The notes below the pieces were generated by a model, which ran no database searches, was not told where the DNA came from, and saw only the letters and a list, made by a program, of their open reading frames with translations. The position numbers and the translations under genes were made by a program. A DNA stretch of 64,000 nt from Diadema antillarum (Eukaryota). Numbering within the stretch: position 1 is the stretch's first letter; each line of letters opens with the position of its first letter. The stretch spans positions 1,550,001-1,614,000 of the forward strand of contig NW_027271721.1 of assembly GCF_040938485.1 (NCBI RefSeq), written 5' to 3'. This document shows positions 37,823 through 51,879 of this stretch, piece by piece.

Positions 37823-40676
37823 TTAACCCTTTAGCTCTTCAAGGTTTCTTGCAATATTTACCACCACTCAGTACAGGAACTTCAGGAATTGTAATGCTGT
37901 TTTGCATGGCTTTAAATAAATTGCTAGCATGTTTGAGGTTTTTACATTGCTAGTGGTTTAAGGACTAAAGGGCTGTAGAAGAGCTGCCCCGTCTTTTAAC
38001 TTTTGATCAAACCAACTGGTGAAAACGTATACTCAGGAATCTGAAGTGTGAAGTTCTGAGACACAAATTTAGTATAAATCATGCAGGAGAGTACTATTTG
38101 TTTGTTATCATACATAAAATTAGATGCTAAATGACCAGTAATGGATTCACAACTTGATTTGCACCTATTAAATGCAGGACAAAGCAACACAATAGCCTGC
38201 TGAAGAACATAAAACCATACTGGTCTGATGTTCCTTGTTTAGGGTATGGCTGACAATGATTTTCATGTGATTACATTTTAGAACATTCCTCATAGTTCTT
38301 GACTTTTGAAACTGCACTTTGGCATTTATAGGTATTTCCAAGTATGCCATAAATCAGACTCTGATGTGTTTGTATTCCCTGCATGTTTTTCATGACTCTG
38401 GTCTAATGCAAACTTCTATATGCAGATAGATAATAGGCAATGTGAGAGATACTTATCGAATAAAAAGTCAAAAGTCAGAGGAAAGTTTATGTACATTAAA
38501 TCTTGGAGAGTTACCTATAGCTGTGTAACCCAGTCCTACTTTTCGCTTAACAACATGATGGCTGTGAGTCAATCCAGTGTGGATGTTTCTTTTTTCATTG
38601 TCATATTTTGCTGTGTGTGGCATTGCTCGTTCATTTTTCTTCTTCATGTACGCTACCTGGTAGTGACATATTAAGGACTGGGTTTTGGGCCAGCCGTGGA
38701 AGCAGGGATTAATGAAGTATCCTGTTTGGTTCATCTATTAGGCTGTTGTTGGCTCGATCCTTCAGACGTGCTATTTATGGCAGCCATATTTCCCACTTAC
38801 CACTATAGCATCAAGAAATGCAACACGCAACAGGGCTGGCTGGGGCTGATAGTGTTGTCCGAATTTAGCTGTGCACAGCAAAGTTGGCATATTTCTGAAA
38901 ATGCAAGAAATGCAAGAGGATACCAAGTAGAAAGTTTTGAATGAAACAAGCTGAGATCTATACCTTTGCCCTTTGTGCATTCATCAGTGATAATGATATT
39001 CTCTTTTCGTCCTGTGCAGTGATCATTGAATCAGATCTGTTTGACCATAGCATCACTAAATGATATTCTTAACCTGAGAGTCTAAACTGAGAAAAAAAAA
39101 TCCATGTAATCTACTGCATGTATCCAAGCACCCGACAAATATGTTTTGGAAAATCTCCTCCAAGAAACAGACCTTTTAGCCCCAATAATGTAGACCCTAC
39201 AAAATCACAATCCTAGCCCCCCCCCCCCCCCCCCCAACTAGGTACACCAAATAATGTAAGAACAAAATTGACTGTCAAGCAAAGGAAAACTGCAGTAGGC
39301 AATTTAATTGTCATTAAAAGAGAAAAAAAAATCCATAATATATGTAGTTGCCTCTTAATGATAGGCCATACATTATGCTGTCTCAGTAAAAACAAGTTTA
39401 GTAATTTTCCAATCCTATGTCATGTAACTAGGTTTGGACAATAAATGACAATGAGGGCCGCTATATACTCCAAGACAACAGGCAATTCAAGGCTGAGGAA
39501 AGTCCAGCATTAGGATGGAGGATGACATTGCTCTAAGAAAATTCTAGAAAGACAAATACATAGATATGACTGAATCTATGCCTGTAGCAGACTGATAATA
39601 AATTGATATAGTTACGCACAACTGCATAATTTGATGCATATCCCCTGCTTGTTAAAGATGATAATGTCAATAAAGAATAAACATGAAAAAGAGCCAGTGG
39701 GCAGGTTAATTTCTGGCTATCAATTATCATTCACCAGGAAGTTATGGGTGGTTGCACAAAACAAGTTGAGTGTGATGTGTTCCATGGCATAATATACTGT
39801 ATCCTCCTTACCAAACAGAGCCTGAATTTCATAAATTTGTGGTAAATTGAAAAACATCTGAAATCTGGCTGTGCCTGGTAAACATCGCCATAATGCAGTC
39901 CTTCCCTGCAAGTATTGGATAGTGAAACTATATTTGGCGATGTTCACAGATGTTTGTCTGAGTTTAGGCACTTAGTGCCCCCCCCCCCCCCCCCCACTGC
40001 GTCTCTCTCCCCTTCCCTCATACATACATACACCTGCATCTGCAACCATTTTTTTTTTTGGGGGGGGGGGGTTGGGAGGGGCTCAATTTGATATGTGCTC
40101 ACAAAATGTCATCCTGAAACAATAAATATTTTCTTTCCTTGTCAAAAGTGAGGTCTAAGTAGAAAATACACTTCGTTTCAAAACATGTATTCCACCTCCA
40201 CTTGAAACAAAAGCATGGAGTACCTCTAATTCTCAGGTCAAAAACATAAAATTATCTAAGAGAAATCAAAGATATAGCCTTGTCAGAAAGGAAAACATAA
40301 TGTTGACAAAAAAAAGAAAATTCTCCAGCATGTAATCAATATTTTCAGAACCCTCACATTTTAGACAGCTCACATGAATTCACTGGAGTAAACCTTCTAG
40401 ATCTTTGCAGCAGAAATCTAATTTCTGACTTTGAGGCAGCAACTAATCATATATATTTGTTCACTTGAGCTGAAATTGTAATTCTGTTATTCATTTTTTT
40501 TCTTCTCTCTGCCCATTATTTTCTTCTCACTTATTCCCTCCCTCTTCCCTTTCATTTTCTGCAGATGGCATATGATTTATAGATCACGGCACATGGAGAA
40601 CATTTTTTTTGTGTGGATAGAATCATGTTGTGCTTCTCAAGTCAGTCAGAATTCAATCACATGTCTTGAACCTTAA

Positions 40677-41019
40677 AGGTATTGTTTACCATTGGGAGCA
40701 GTGATTTAAAAATGGTTTGAAATATCACATTTGATGCATATGTGTAGGTCAGTTGTATCATGTAAAAATGTCGCAATAAAGCCTAAAATATAAGGAGATA
40801 TCACTATTTTTCTCCATAAACCATAACTGTAGGCAGTTTAGTCTAGAATTTTTTTATTATAACTATTGTTTACCTTTTGTATATTTAACAATACTAAACA
40901 TTGATTATACTGATTAACATTTTACATTGACTGTTTCTATCCCTAACTCACATTATAGAACTATTTTGAAACACTAAATGGGTTTTTTTTGTTTAATCTG
41001 CAAATGGTAATTGATGCCT
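40677..41019. mobile_element. Second Kolobok-type MITE family, 343 bp
   Basis: TTAA|AGGTATTGTTTACCATT ... AATGGTAATTGATGCCT|TTAA (imperfect TIR). Confidence 0.7.
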
Positions 41020-44000
41020 TTAAGGATGGATGATGCTAGATGATGTACACAGATCTGTTCAAAGTTCAGAAGAGCAACTCAGAGACATTATTTGTCATTT
41101 CTTTTCTTTCTTTGTTTCCTTCCTTTTAAAAAAAAATTACTGCTGTGTGCAGGTTGAATAGCTAATTCATATGTCTGAGGGTCTCGTATATTCTATAGTG
41201 CATGTCTGAAAGGAAATTATCCTCAGTTCCTAGCGTTAGATTTCATGGACCCTTGATCTTCCTCAGCACATTCATGTCTGACGTTGTGGTTTGGGTGTGG
41301 TCAGATGGCAAATGTCATTTTGGATATGAGAGTCAATTTTGCATGTACCCTCACACCTCGATCAAATTGGCATTTGTCATATCACACAACCTGGGCAGCA
41401 AAAACGCAAATACAAAGTCAGTATGTTAAAGATAGACAAGATGTCTTTCTGTCTGCTCTTTAGAATGTCACATGATTGTTGTTGTTTTCTTGGGGTATAT
41501 TAAAGCTGAGGTGAAGAAAATTTGTTTTTCATGATTCTGTTTGGAAGAAATCCACGTGCCAACTAAGCCAGCCCACAATATTTGGATTTCAAACATGACA
41601 AGTCATATTCTCCGAGCCTTACCCTATGTGCATAGAGTATGGTAATGAAAAACAACATTGTAAACAACATTGTATCGTTTAGCAGCAAGGAAGATCTTAC
41701 ATAATCTCTCAAAGCTACAGTATCATCTAATATTTCTCCTTCATCATGACATTTGGATACAACCCTTCCACCATTCCTTGTTACAAATTCAGGTGTATTG
41801 CACCATGAAAATGTGACATGAAAAATCCTCCTTATGGACCATTTCAGTTTGGAAGCTAGGTGTCCTGTTACTCAGCATGCATCTTTTTGCTAGGGGTGAA
41901 TGTCAGTGTGAGGTATCCAGGCTTCCAAATTTAAGGCTTGAGCGAGCACACTGATCAGCCGAGGAAGGGGAAGTCATGATTTTTGTCTCTTGCCAGCTAG
42001 GGCAAGAAAGAGTGGAAGGAGAGATTGAGAGTTCGAGGGAGAGAGAGGAGCGAGGGAGATTCAAAAACAATTGGTGTGGATGATCATGAATCATTAACCC
42101 CACATGAGATATCTGTCAGTGTGTAGGACCATCAATCATGCAGCCACAGGCCACTGGTAGAAGCGGTACAGGAGAATGACTGCTCAGAGGCTCACAGTAG
42201 GAATACAATGCAGAGATTCAAGATGAATGCCTCTCTTAGTATCACACTTTCATACAGACACACATAGTCTGGGGCTGTTTCATTTTTTAGAACCTTTGCT
42301 GCTAAATAATGCATGGTGTGTTTCTACAGTGTTAGATGTGACATCTAAATACCATTTTCATTTTCTTTCTTTTGTCATACCTCAGTTTCTTTTAATTTGT
42401 TGCTTTAGCTTTGCAAAAAAGTAATTCACCCGAAGCATTGAACCTTTTGACTTTCTCTCAAGAGTATCAAATTTTGTGTCTCTTTCATGCCTTAGATTAT
42501 AAGATGTACAGTCACAAAAACTCACAGATTGTGTGACAAATAGATTATCTCGCTCAAAGTATATGTTTTAGAAAATATATGTTTGGATTGAGACTTGTTT
42601 TTGTCTCCTGAGCATGTGGGGATAGATTTTTTGACAATTGTATTGCAAGGAGGCACTGTGTCTTAGATTTCTCGATGGCCTTCTTAACAGCGACCCTCCT
42701 TCACATGAACCTGAACACTAATTATGAACATTCAGTGATATATTTAGAATAAAACAATATTGTCTGAGGAGAAAGAGGATTCACTCTGCATGAAGATGAG
42801 CTTAGGGAATGTATATTAGGATGAAATTTCCTCAGGTATAGGGATACCAACTACATCCAGTGGGACTGTGGTATCTGCTTCTAATTGAAACCAAACAGGT
42901 GCAGGGGTAAGGGAGTCTCACTACTATCATAAAGTCTGTCTTCACATCACTCTATTTGTTTTCCTCTCCCACCATGGCCCTGCCAGCTAAAGATCATGGA
43001 CTGATGCAACTTGTCCAAATTAGAAGGGGGAGGCTCTCAAGAGGTGTAAGCATCTGATTCGCTAACATTTCCCCTAACTGCATACAACCCTTTAGAATGT
43101 GTATGATCAAATCTGGTAAGACTGCCAGGCATTTCATATTCTTGGTCTTATGAGAGCTTCCCATACCACTGTGTCTATGTAATGATATACTAATGATGCA
43201 CAGGATAGAGTGTGCGCCTCGTGCATGTCGCACCATTGTCAATACTCTCGAGCGCGCCGCACCTTCACTAACGCCACGAAATAATCCTGTGCATCATTTG
43301 TTTTATAAAATGGGTCGAAAACTAACAGCATTATTCACGTACCTTTGTGGGTCAATACCAGTCAGCTACATGTAGCACTCGCTCAAAAGTCAAGATGTCC
43401 GAAGATGTTCGTCCCAAACATTTACGCACGTCGCACTCGGAAATCCCGCACATAAGTACTGTACGTACGTATAAGAGTATACGTACGCCACGTACTGTTA
43501 TGCACAAGAAAGGCCGCCGGCTGTTGTGGCAGCCCGCGGTCCGAACTAGAAGTTGTTTACAGGATTGACAGCGCGTATAGTAGCGCGTGACGCACTTGTA
43601 ACAACTGATTGAGTGCGCACTGCTAGTGTAAAACATTGTGACGTACGTCAGGCCAGGGAGGTGGAAGAGAGACTCTTCTTAGTGCATACCTGAAGAAAAT
43701 AATGCACGCACACGTGACTCATTTCAGCGCTTCCAATTGGCTACATTCTTGAACCCATTTTATAATATGATATAGTGGTAGGCCCTACTTATCTAGGAAA
43801 CTATTAGGTGTAAAAATTTGTAAACAGCAGTGATAATGAGATGCCAGGTAGAGTATATTTCCATTTGACAACAATAACTGATAGATAGAAGCATTGAAGC
43901 ATCCACTAAATCAGCTGATTAAAACAAAACAACAACAACAGTTAATTATCTTGCATTAAGTGCACCTGTTCATCATCAGTGTGTGACCAGGATGCTAGAT

Positions 44001-45359
44001 ACATTAACTTACAGTGGATAGGTTCCATTGCATTTTTAGAAACATGCTATAATGTCATAGAAAAATACACCATCTAATACAGAAAAACAACCAGAGAATG
44101 TCAATATCAAAGTTATTGAGAACATATTACTGTTTGTGTATATATGTGAATGTTGATAACCAGTTACTAGATTTCTTGTTGCAGGTTAAAGTTTTTTTCT
44201 TAAAAGCTGAAACTTTTTGATTTCTCATAGCATGTTGTGCAAATATCTGTGTGCTTAAATGTATGCCTTCCATGTTGCCTTCTGGAAGAGGTTGAAACCG
44301 GCTGTAGTCAGATACATATGCTGAAGCATCGTGCTTACCCCAGGATATTTGTGCATGGGTACCCCAGGATATTTTTGCACACACTGCAGTTCCCTTGATA
44401 CTTAATAAGTACGCACTTAGACATTTAGCACATTCTGTAATGGCCCAGTGGGAGTGTAGAAACTGTCAAAATCTCGCAACAACCATTAGCTTGATTACCG
44501 TGCATAGATACAAACACACACACACACGTGTACACACATCCATCTATGCACACACTCACACAGTTTCTCCATTCTTTCTTATAATCATCCTTCACTCCTA
44601 ATAGTATCCTGTTTGACCATGCAACATATCGGAATGGGAGCTAATGCATTAACCTATAATATCCACAACATGCAATTATGAAATCTAGAAATGCAATTAA
44701 AAGATTAAAGGTGAAAATTCCTTTCAGTTGTACTCCCTATGTACTTCCCTGGCAAAAAGATAGGATCTTGGAACCATGTATAAAAACAATCAACTGGAGG
44801 AGAACAGTGCTACAGATATAGTTGATTTGAATTTTTTCACTCATAGAATCTAGTCAGTGGAATCAGAGTTCTGCCATCTGTGATTGGTACAGGATTGAAT
44901 GATGACAAATGTATATTGGTATTTGCCTTTGTTAACAGAGCTGTCTGCAGCAGTATGGAAACATCAAAGTAATTACGTATCTTCAAATTTTCTGACTTCA
45001 TACCAATGATAATACATCATCCAGTAGGAAATTGCAACCTCCATATTGATTTAAGTGTTTTCATATCTTACACAGATCCTGCTTACACCACTGTTTCTTT
45101 GAAATCTCAGTGAAAAGATCATCCCTTCCTTTAAGCATGATGCCAAAGCAAAAAGGATACTCGTAATGATAAATGATCCAGACTATAATCATAGGATACT
45201 ATGGTCTGCACTTATTGTCTGCCACAATGATTAATGAGCACCATCTTTGCATTCTGAGACCTTTTTATGTCTGCTCTGAAGTGGACAAGGTCACAATGAA
45301 AGAATTAATCTGAGTAATGATTGTCTGGGAGGTGTTAAGCCCAGGAAGTAACCAATTAA

Positions 45360-45496
45360 NNNNNNNNNNNNNNNNNNNNNNNNNNNNNNNNNNNNNNNNN
45401 NNNNNNNNNNNNNNNNNNNNNNNNNNNNNNNNNNNNNNNNNNNNNNNNNNNNNNNNNNNNNNNNNNNNNNNNNNNNNNNNNNNNNNNNNNNNNNNN
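45360..45496. other. Assembly gap (N run)
   Basis: Direct reading. Confidence 1.
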
Positions 45497-45606
45497 TGTG
45501 CATATTTGTCTAGTATAGAGACAGTGTCATGTTCAGGACTGACTTGACAAATGTGCAAGCATAATTGTTGATCTTAGTATCTCCCAAGGCTTTGTTACAT
45601 ACATCA

Positions 45607-46049
45607 GGGCATTCAGACGCAAAAAAAAAGAATTATAGTAGAACGGTATAGCTATACCAAAACGGGATAGCTATACGATGAATTTATACGTCTGAACGCC
45701 GACTAACGAAATGACGTATAACGAAATGACGTATAGCGAAACGACGGTCAGAGCATCATTTTGAACTAGAACTCGATAACGAATCAGCATTCCATGTGCG
45801 TCTGAATGTATGGCGACCATAGAACGGTATAACTGGGCGGGGCTTAATGGAAGCGTGCACGAAAGGTGACCCCACAGCTGTCACTCATAACCATAACAGC
45901 ATGCGCAGTGAGAAACTGCACATCTATATGACCTTTCCCAGTACGGTCAAAATTAGTGTCTGAACGGTCTGTCGGCTATACAATGATTCTTTGTACGTCG
46001 TTTCATTATCGAGTTTTGGTATAAAATGGCATACGTCTGAATAGGGGGC
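45607..46049. mobile_element. Probable MITE (Harbinger-like?), CpG-rich
   Basis: ATTCAGACG (45611-45619) / CGTCTGAAT (46034-46042) near the ends; internal tandem AACGAAATGACGTATA and repeated CGTCTGAA. Termini and TSD are unclear. Confidence 0.45.
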
Positions 46050-49000
46050 ATTTATCATTTCATCTATCATAAATATTACATGCTTCCAATGGTCATGTTA
46101 TTCATATCTATCTATTTGAAGGACTTCACACATGACATATTGCAGCCATGTAATTGCACAACTAAGTGAATACAATAACATCAGCTTGGCTTGTGAAGGT
46201 CGATACAGGTGATTATCCAATTAAATTGTCCCAATTTTTTAACAGCTCATTTACCTTCTTGTTCATTATGAATAATTGAACATCTATATTCATTCATCAT
46301 ATATGCAAGACAATATGTTATTGATTCATTATCTATAACACCATTTTACAATATTCTAATAACAATGCAGAATACTGAAGCCGGAGTGAAAGTACTAGTA
46401 TGGCTGCAAGAAAATATAACTTAAGTGATATTTTGCTTTTGGATATAATCATGCCATTTTTCTTTGTATTTTTCACTGTAAGACACTCATGTTTTCACTT
46501 TAAAATTCATATTTTTTTCTTCACTTTTTCTTTCATCATGTGAATTCCTTCTCATTATGGCTCTGTCATTTCTGCAATGAGTCTTGGTTGAAGATTAAAT
46601 GAACCACAAATCAGTGAATACAGACGTTACCATCAATCAATACTCGGAGCCGATGTGTGTCCACACAATGATTAACGGTATCGATCTCATTGGCCATATA
46701 TGAATTCCACCTGCTAACGAAGTAGTTGCGTGCATGATGAAGTGGCATCATTTTCCGCCAAAATTTGACTCTCCTCTTAGCCATGATGGAGGTACAGAAG
46801 TTGAGAAGGCACCGATCAATACTATCCATGGGACAGATCGCATAATTTGCCATTCTATGAATTGCTGTTATTTGACTGAGCATGAGCTCATAGTGTCCAT
46901 ATGGAATGCACATGTTCATGCAAACAAAGCATCATTGTGTAATGGAGTAGGGAATCAGGCATTTGGTAATTCTTTTACCACTCCTACTGAGTAAGGCAAG
47001 CAAGAGAAAAAGTACCATTGCTGAGTTTCGAGCCACAACTTTCTTCAGCTGGCCCTGTGAAGAAAAATAGTGTCTGCATCAGTATCTATACAATCTGGCA
47101 CTATTTCCACATGTAAAGGTAGACTTTATTCACAGCAAATAGTGAAATCATGTTTGCAAATAAATACATAGATTGCACCAAAGACCGTTATATCCAAGAA
47201 GTTGCTATTATTTGTGCATCATCTACAGTAGGTCTCAGCTAATTTTCCTCTCATGCAAGTGCAGGCTTTTGAAAACAGTGAAGTTTCATAGTCACGAAAA
47301 CTCTGACACATACATGGTAAACTATGACCCTCCAAATTGATGCATCATTGTTAAACAATACATAAGCCTCGATTCATTCACACTCTCTGCATGCACTTAG
47401 GTAATTAGAATTATGTGTAGACCTACAGAAGCTTGAAGCCACAAAGTAGCGGCAAAGCATTTTATATTCTTTACCATGCAGTTCTGGTTCATATAATATT
47501 TGAGAGGGTGGCTGGTTTATGCTAATGAATTTCTTCTCCCCTTTTTTCTTGTGTCTACGAGACACTGCCCACGATGATTATCTTGCATTGGCACATGACT
47601 TTGTCGAGACGAGAAGGAATGTGAGAGTAGAGCAGGCAGTCAGCGTTGCCTAGCAACTCCCTGCCCCACTACAGAACATACAACGCATATGAATTCGCGT
47701 GGAAGTGATGGCATTTGCACTTGACAAATGGTTTTAATATACGACTGTTCTGGGATGCAGGACACAGGAGAAAGCATCGGCAATGCACGTCTTTTACTGA
47801 GAAAAAAAAGGGTGACATAGAAGGCAGTTTCTACTTCAATTTCATGAGAAAGGAAGAACATAATATGCAAGTCCTTTTCTGGCCATCAAAACAACATAAA
47901 TCCTAGAGCATTACACATCCCAATGCATCTCTTCAAGAATGAATTTCCTTTCTCAGCTACTTCTGCCATGTCTGCTGTAAACTAGCAATCATGATGAAAA
48001 AAAAATCCATTTTTGAAGTCCCCTTGCCCATCTTGCTAAATTGTGATTGAACTGCAACAAACCAGTTAAGATTGTTGATGCACAGTGCTCAAACGGGTAT
48101 CTTCATCAACACTGAAAGTACTTTCAGCTGTGAACTCAACGCCGCTACCCACATAAATGAGACAGGGATATGTAAACAGAGGGGAGTACATCTACTGTGG
48201 ATAGTTTATTTTCGGTGGCTGATAATGACCACTCTGACTGCCGTATAAAGATGTCATGTCCCAACCCGTCTTACGACCCAGTTACGTCAGACATTCTTCT
48301 CTGTAATTTCACCTCTTGTTCATCTTCCCCTCTTTCCTATTCATTTGGTGATGCAGGGTGTCTGTTGTTATTTCTTTTATTCTGTGTGGGGATCGAGGGG
48401 AGTATATGAGCAAAACATCATTAATTTTTGTACATCTTATCTGCGTACAAGAAATGCACTTCCTTGATATAGATCATTCCCCTGAGCATAACATTTTGTT
48501 TGTCTCTTTCCACTCTAGCACACTACAGTAAGGTCTTCCCTGCATAAATTTACTGAGGAGGGATGCGCATAATGTGAATTGCATGTTTCCGTAGTGAGTC
48601 AAATTGGCTTTTAGTTTACATGGGTTCTGAAGTTTTATATATTCCATTTCCACTAGAAGTATAACCAAAGTATTTCTTTTTTTTTTTGCTTAGAACCTAG
48701 ACATATCAAGATGCATTCTCCTTTCAAAGTGAAAAGGCCATATCTAATGAAATTCAGGAAATGCTGCTTTTTAAGATTTTTGAAGGAAAAGCTAAACAAG
48801 AGTTAGACATCAGTTTGAATTTTAGATGACAAATTTGACAAAATGAATACAATTTTTTATTCTACCATTTTGAGATTTATCATTACTGGTCATTGTTGTA
48901 AATAGGAATTTGCTTTATCTGTGAGTATATGGTCACTCCCTTTGAAAGCATCCGTTGACCATCCTCACTCATATGCCCTCCAGGTAGAAAGGTTCAGGTG

Positions 49001-49055
49001 GATTCTCCTTAACTCTTTGATTACTGCTGGCATCTGTATTGCATGAGTATTTCAG

Positions 49056-49220
49056 AGTCTGAGATTTTGAGAGGGTTAAGAGATATTGTCCTCGAACTAG
49101 AACGTTCTCAAAAGCCCCGCTCTCCTTCGGGTGGTGATGATCATATTCCCACTCCTGCATATCAATTAGAGTGGTTTGGGCCTCTTGGGAGAGACGACAG
49201 CCAAGTTCTCAAATGCCAGG
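49056..49220 (+). CDS. Candidate 165-bp internal exon (phase 1-1) of the host gene
   Basis: Acceptor TATTTCAG| at 49055, donor CCAGG|GTATGT at 49220. Open frame SEILRGLRDIVLELERSQKPRSPSGGDDHIPTPAYQLEWFGPLGRDDSQVLKCQ. Phase matches the 26921 donor. Confidence 0.45.
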
Positions 49221-49519
49221 GTATGTTTACTGTATATATCCTGCAATACTCGGACTGAAACTCACAAAGATCAGGAGAAGTGCCATGATTGTTTTTGTGC
49301 CCGGTTCTTATTGAGTTTGTAGTATAAAAGATAAACAAACAGTAAAAAAAAATTGTCCATCTTTCCTGTAATGTTTAGCACTTGAATGATTGGACATTTC
49401 CTTGAAAATATAGGTCATGTTATCAGCTTGTTACATCATGTTTCCAAATTTCACATGCGAGGATAATTTTTAGCATGCTCCTCTTCTTTTTCTTGATGTT
49501 CGCCATGCGTCTTCTTCAG

Positions 49520-49671
49520 GAGTAGGTCGTTACATAGACTTTTCTTTTCATAATTTCCATGCAACATGGGAAGAAACTTTTAGAGAGAGGCGAGCCTATG
49601 CCATCACTAATGATAACATTAGCTTGAGCACTAAGCATCACCCAGATGGGATAATGGCTTCCCTTGCCTAA
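49520..49671 (+). CDS. Weak candidate next or terminal exon
   Basis: Pyrimidine-rich acceptor GTCTTCTTCAG| at 49519; the phase-1 frame is open for ~50 codons (VGRYIDFSFHNFHATWEETFRERRAY...ASLA*). Confidence 0.25.
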
Positions 49672-51207
49672 TATCCCCTGAAACAAAGAGCATGTTGTGA
49701 TGTGACAATAATGAAAACAGCAGGCAGCATGACATTGCCACCTTGTTTTGAAGTGATCCGGATATTGGTGTCATTATGAGGCTGACATTATTATTCTCCT
49801 TATACTTAAAGAAAACCTTCAGTTACATCAGGAGCCCTTCATGTTGTGTGTCTACACTTGAAGTAAAGAGTGTTTCCTGTCAAGTTTTGCATTTATGAAT
49901 AAAAAATCGTAAAGTATATTATTATAGATTATCCCAAAATGGTTTTATAATGCATATTGTTGCAAAATTTTGCAAACCAGACTTTGAATTGGAAAGTATT
50001 CTAAGTTCTTTTTGATCAGTCCGACACACATTATTACAAGTACGTTTATGCTAATTATCACTTCACCTAAGTATACCTTATAGATGAAATTGCTGAGATT
50101 TTGACAATGGATTTTAAATTTCATATTCTGAGATGAGGCAAAAAACTTTTAAATGTTAGCTAACAGCAGGTGATATCTAACCACATTATGCCTCATAGCA
50201 CAGGTTCATTGTTTGAAGGCACTGTAATTGATGTAGGAGTATGTCTACCAGACTAGGGAAATGTGTATATTTTTTTTTGAAAAGTAGTGTTTATAATAAG
50301 CCCTGATGATTTCAACTTTAAAAAAAAAAAATCTATGAAGAGCTTTTTAGGAGGAAAGTATGTCTATGCCTGTCTATTGACATATTTCAGCGATTTCAGA
50401 TGAATATGATTAAACATTAATTGTTAAATGAAATGCTAGTACAGGCTTCAAAGAGCCAAATTTTTTGTAAGGGCCTCAGGCTACCATTCAACTGTATTGA
50501 GGTTATTACCTTGACAGACATTACCTGAAGAAGAAGGAAGACTTTTTGAGACAGCATCTTTCTTCAATCTCCATCACCCAAGGCCGTTGTGATAGACATG
50601 TCTGTCATCGGCCTCGTCTCTGCCATTCCTTGGGCCATCTGTCGCCCCCAGTGCCTGTCCCTGCATCCTGTTTCCCCTCCTCCAAACTGGCCTGTTATTG
50701 TAATCATGTCATGACTTCTTCCAAGAACAAGGCCATGACTACCGAAGGGTTTCTCAGGCCCAAAAGGTATTCATTGGTACTGGCACAGACTTAATTGGAA
50801 GTTACAGATCACCAAGTTTTTATTTTCCTTGGCATAAATTGCTGCTATGAAATTTATGTGCATGGATATTATGAATTCCAACTGCTTTGATGGCATCACT
50901 TTAATATTTCATTTACACCATTTACATGGTTTATTTACTTTTTTATCTACACGCCAGTGGTATTACACAACAGTGCAACATATATCCATAGTAACTTGTC
51001 ATCTTAGGTAGATATGCAAAATGCAGTATTACCTCATGAAAGTCAAGTCCAGACTGCTAATAATTTTAAGGCAGTGTACAGAATCAAGTCCTGACTTACT
51101 GTACAACTTCAGAATTGGGTACATCTCCATCCTAATGTGGTACAATTGTTACTTTGTTAGTAGCTGGACCACCCCTCAGTGGGAATGACTCGCAACACTT
51201 CTAACAC

Positions 51208-51240
<33 letters not shown>

Positions 51241-51710
51241 ACATACACAGTTTTCATCAGGACATTATGATAATAACCTTGGTGTGTAGAATACAAATGT
51301 CTATCTGATTATGTTTGATTGGATGTAATCACGTTTTAATAAACAAATGGCTCGGCAATGCATGTGTTTCAATAGAATGCACTTTTAAGTCTGCTTACGG
51401 ACTAAGCGGTAGAACAGTCCATCAAAAGCTTTATTCGCAACATGCATGCACAGACTTCACAAAGTAATCGCTTTCACCGACACATGCAAGTAATCATGTG
51501 ACATCTTTCGGATGGCATCAGAGGAAGCCGCTGTGAAGTGCAGGCGGTAGAGTTTATGCTGAACATAATCATATGCACCCATGTCTGCTCTATCGCCTCG
51601 CAAGAGCCTGATCAGGATTTACCAAACTATCAAGTATTCATAGTCAGAAGGCATTGACTCCATCATGTCTTTTCAGTCATCATCTGAGCATGCTGACATA
51701 TTATATGAAG

Positions 51711-51859
51711 CGCAATTAAGGAGAAACACAACGTTAGTTTGTTGATACTTGGAGGAGCATTTATTCAACGAACCATGGCAGTGGTACAAGTCACAGTTAT
51801 ACTGCTTATTATCATAGATGGCGCTATTGCATATCAATTCAACAACACCTTAACTGGCG
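51711..51859 (-). repeat. 3' LTR of element B
   Basis: Sense CGCCAGTTAAGG...GAATAAAT...GTTTCTCCTTAATTGCG. Confidence 0.95.
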
Positions 51860-51865
51860 TAATCA

Positions 51866-51879
51866 CTTCTTTCCTCCTT
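51866..51879 (-). promoter_or_regulatory. Polypurine tract of element B
   Basis: Sense AAGGAGGAAAGAAG, then TGATTA, then the 3' LTR. Confidence 0.8.

Noticed and set aside
50518-50794. Coding exon (HYLKKKEDFLRQHLSS...)
   Set aside because: Requires phase 2, incompatible with the candidate upstream exons; no recognisable domain.
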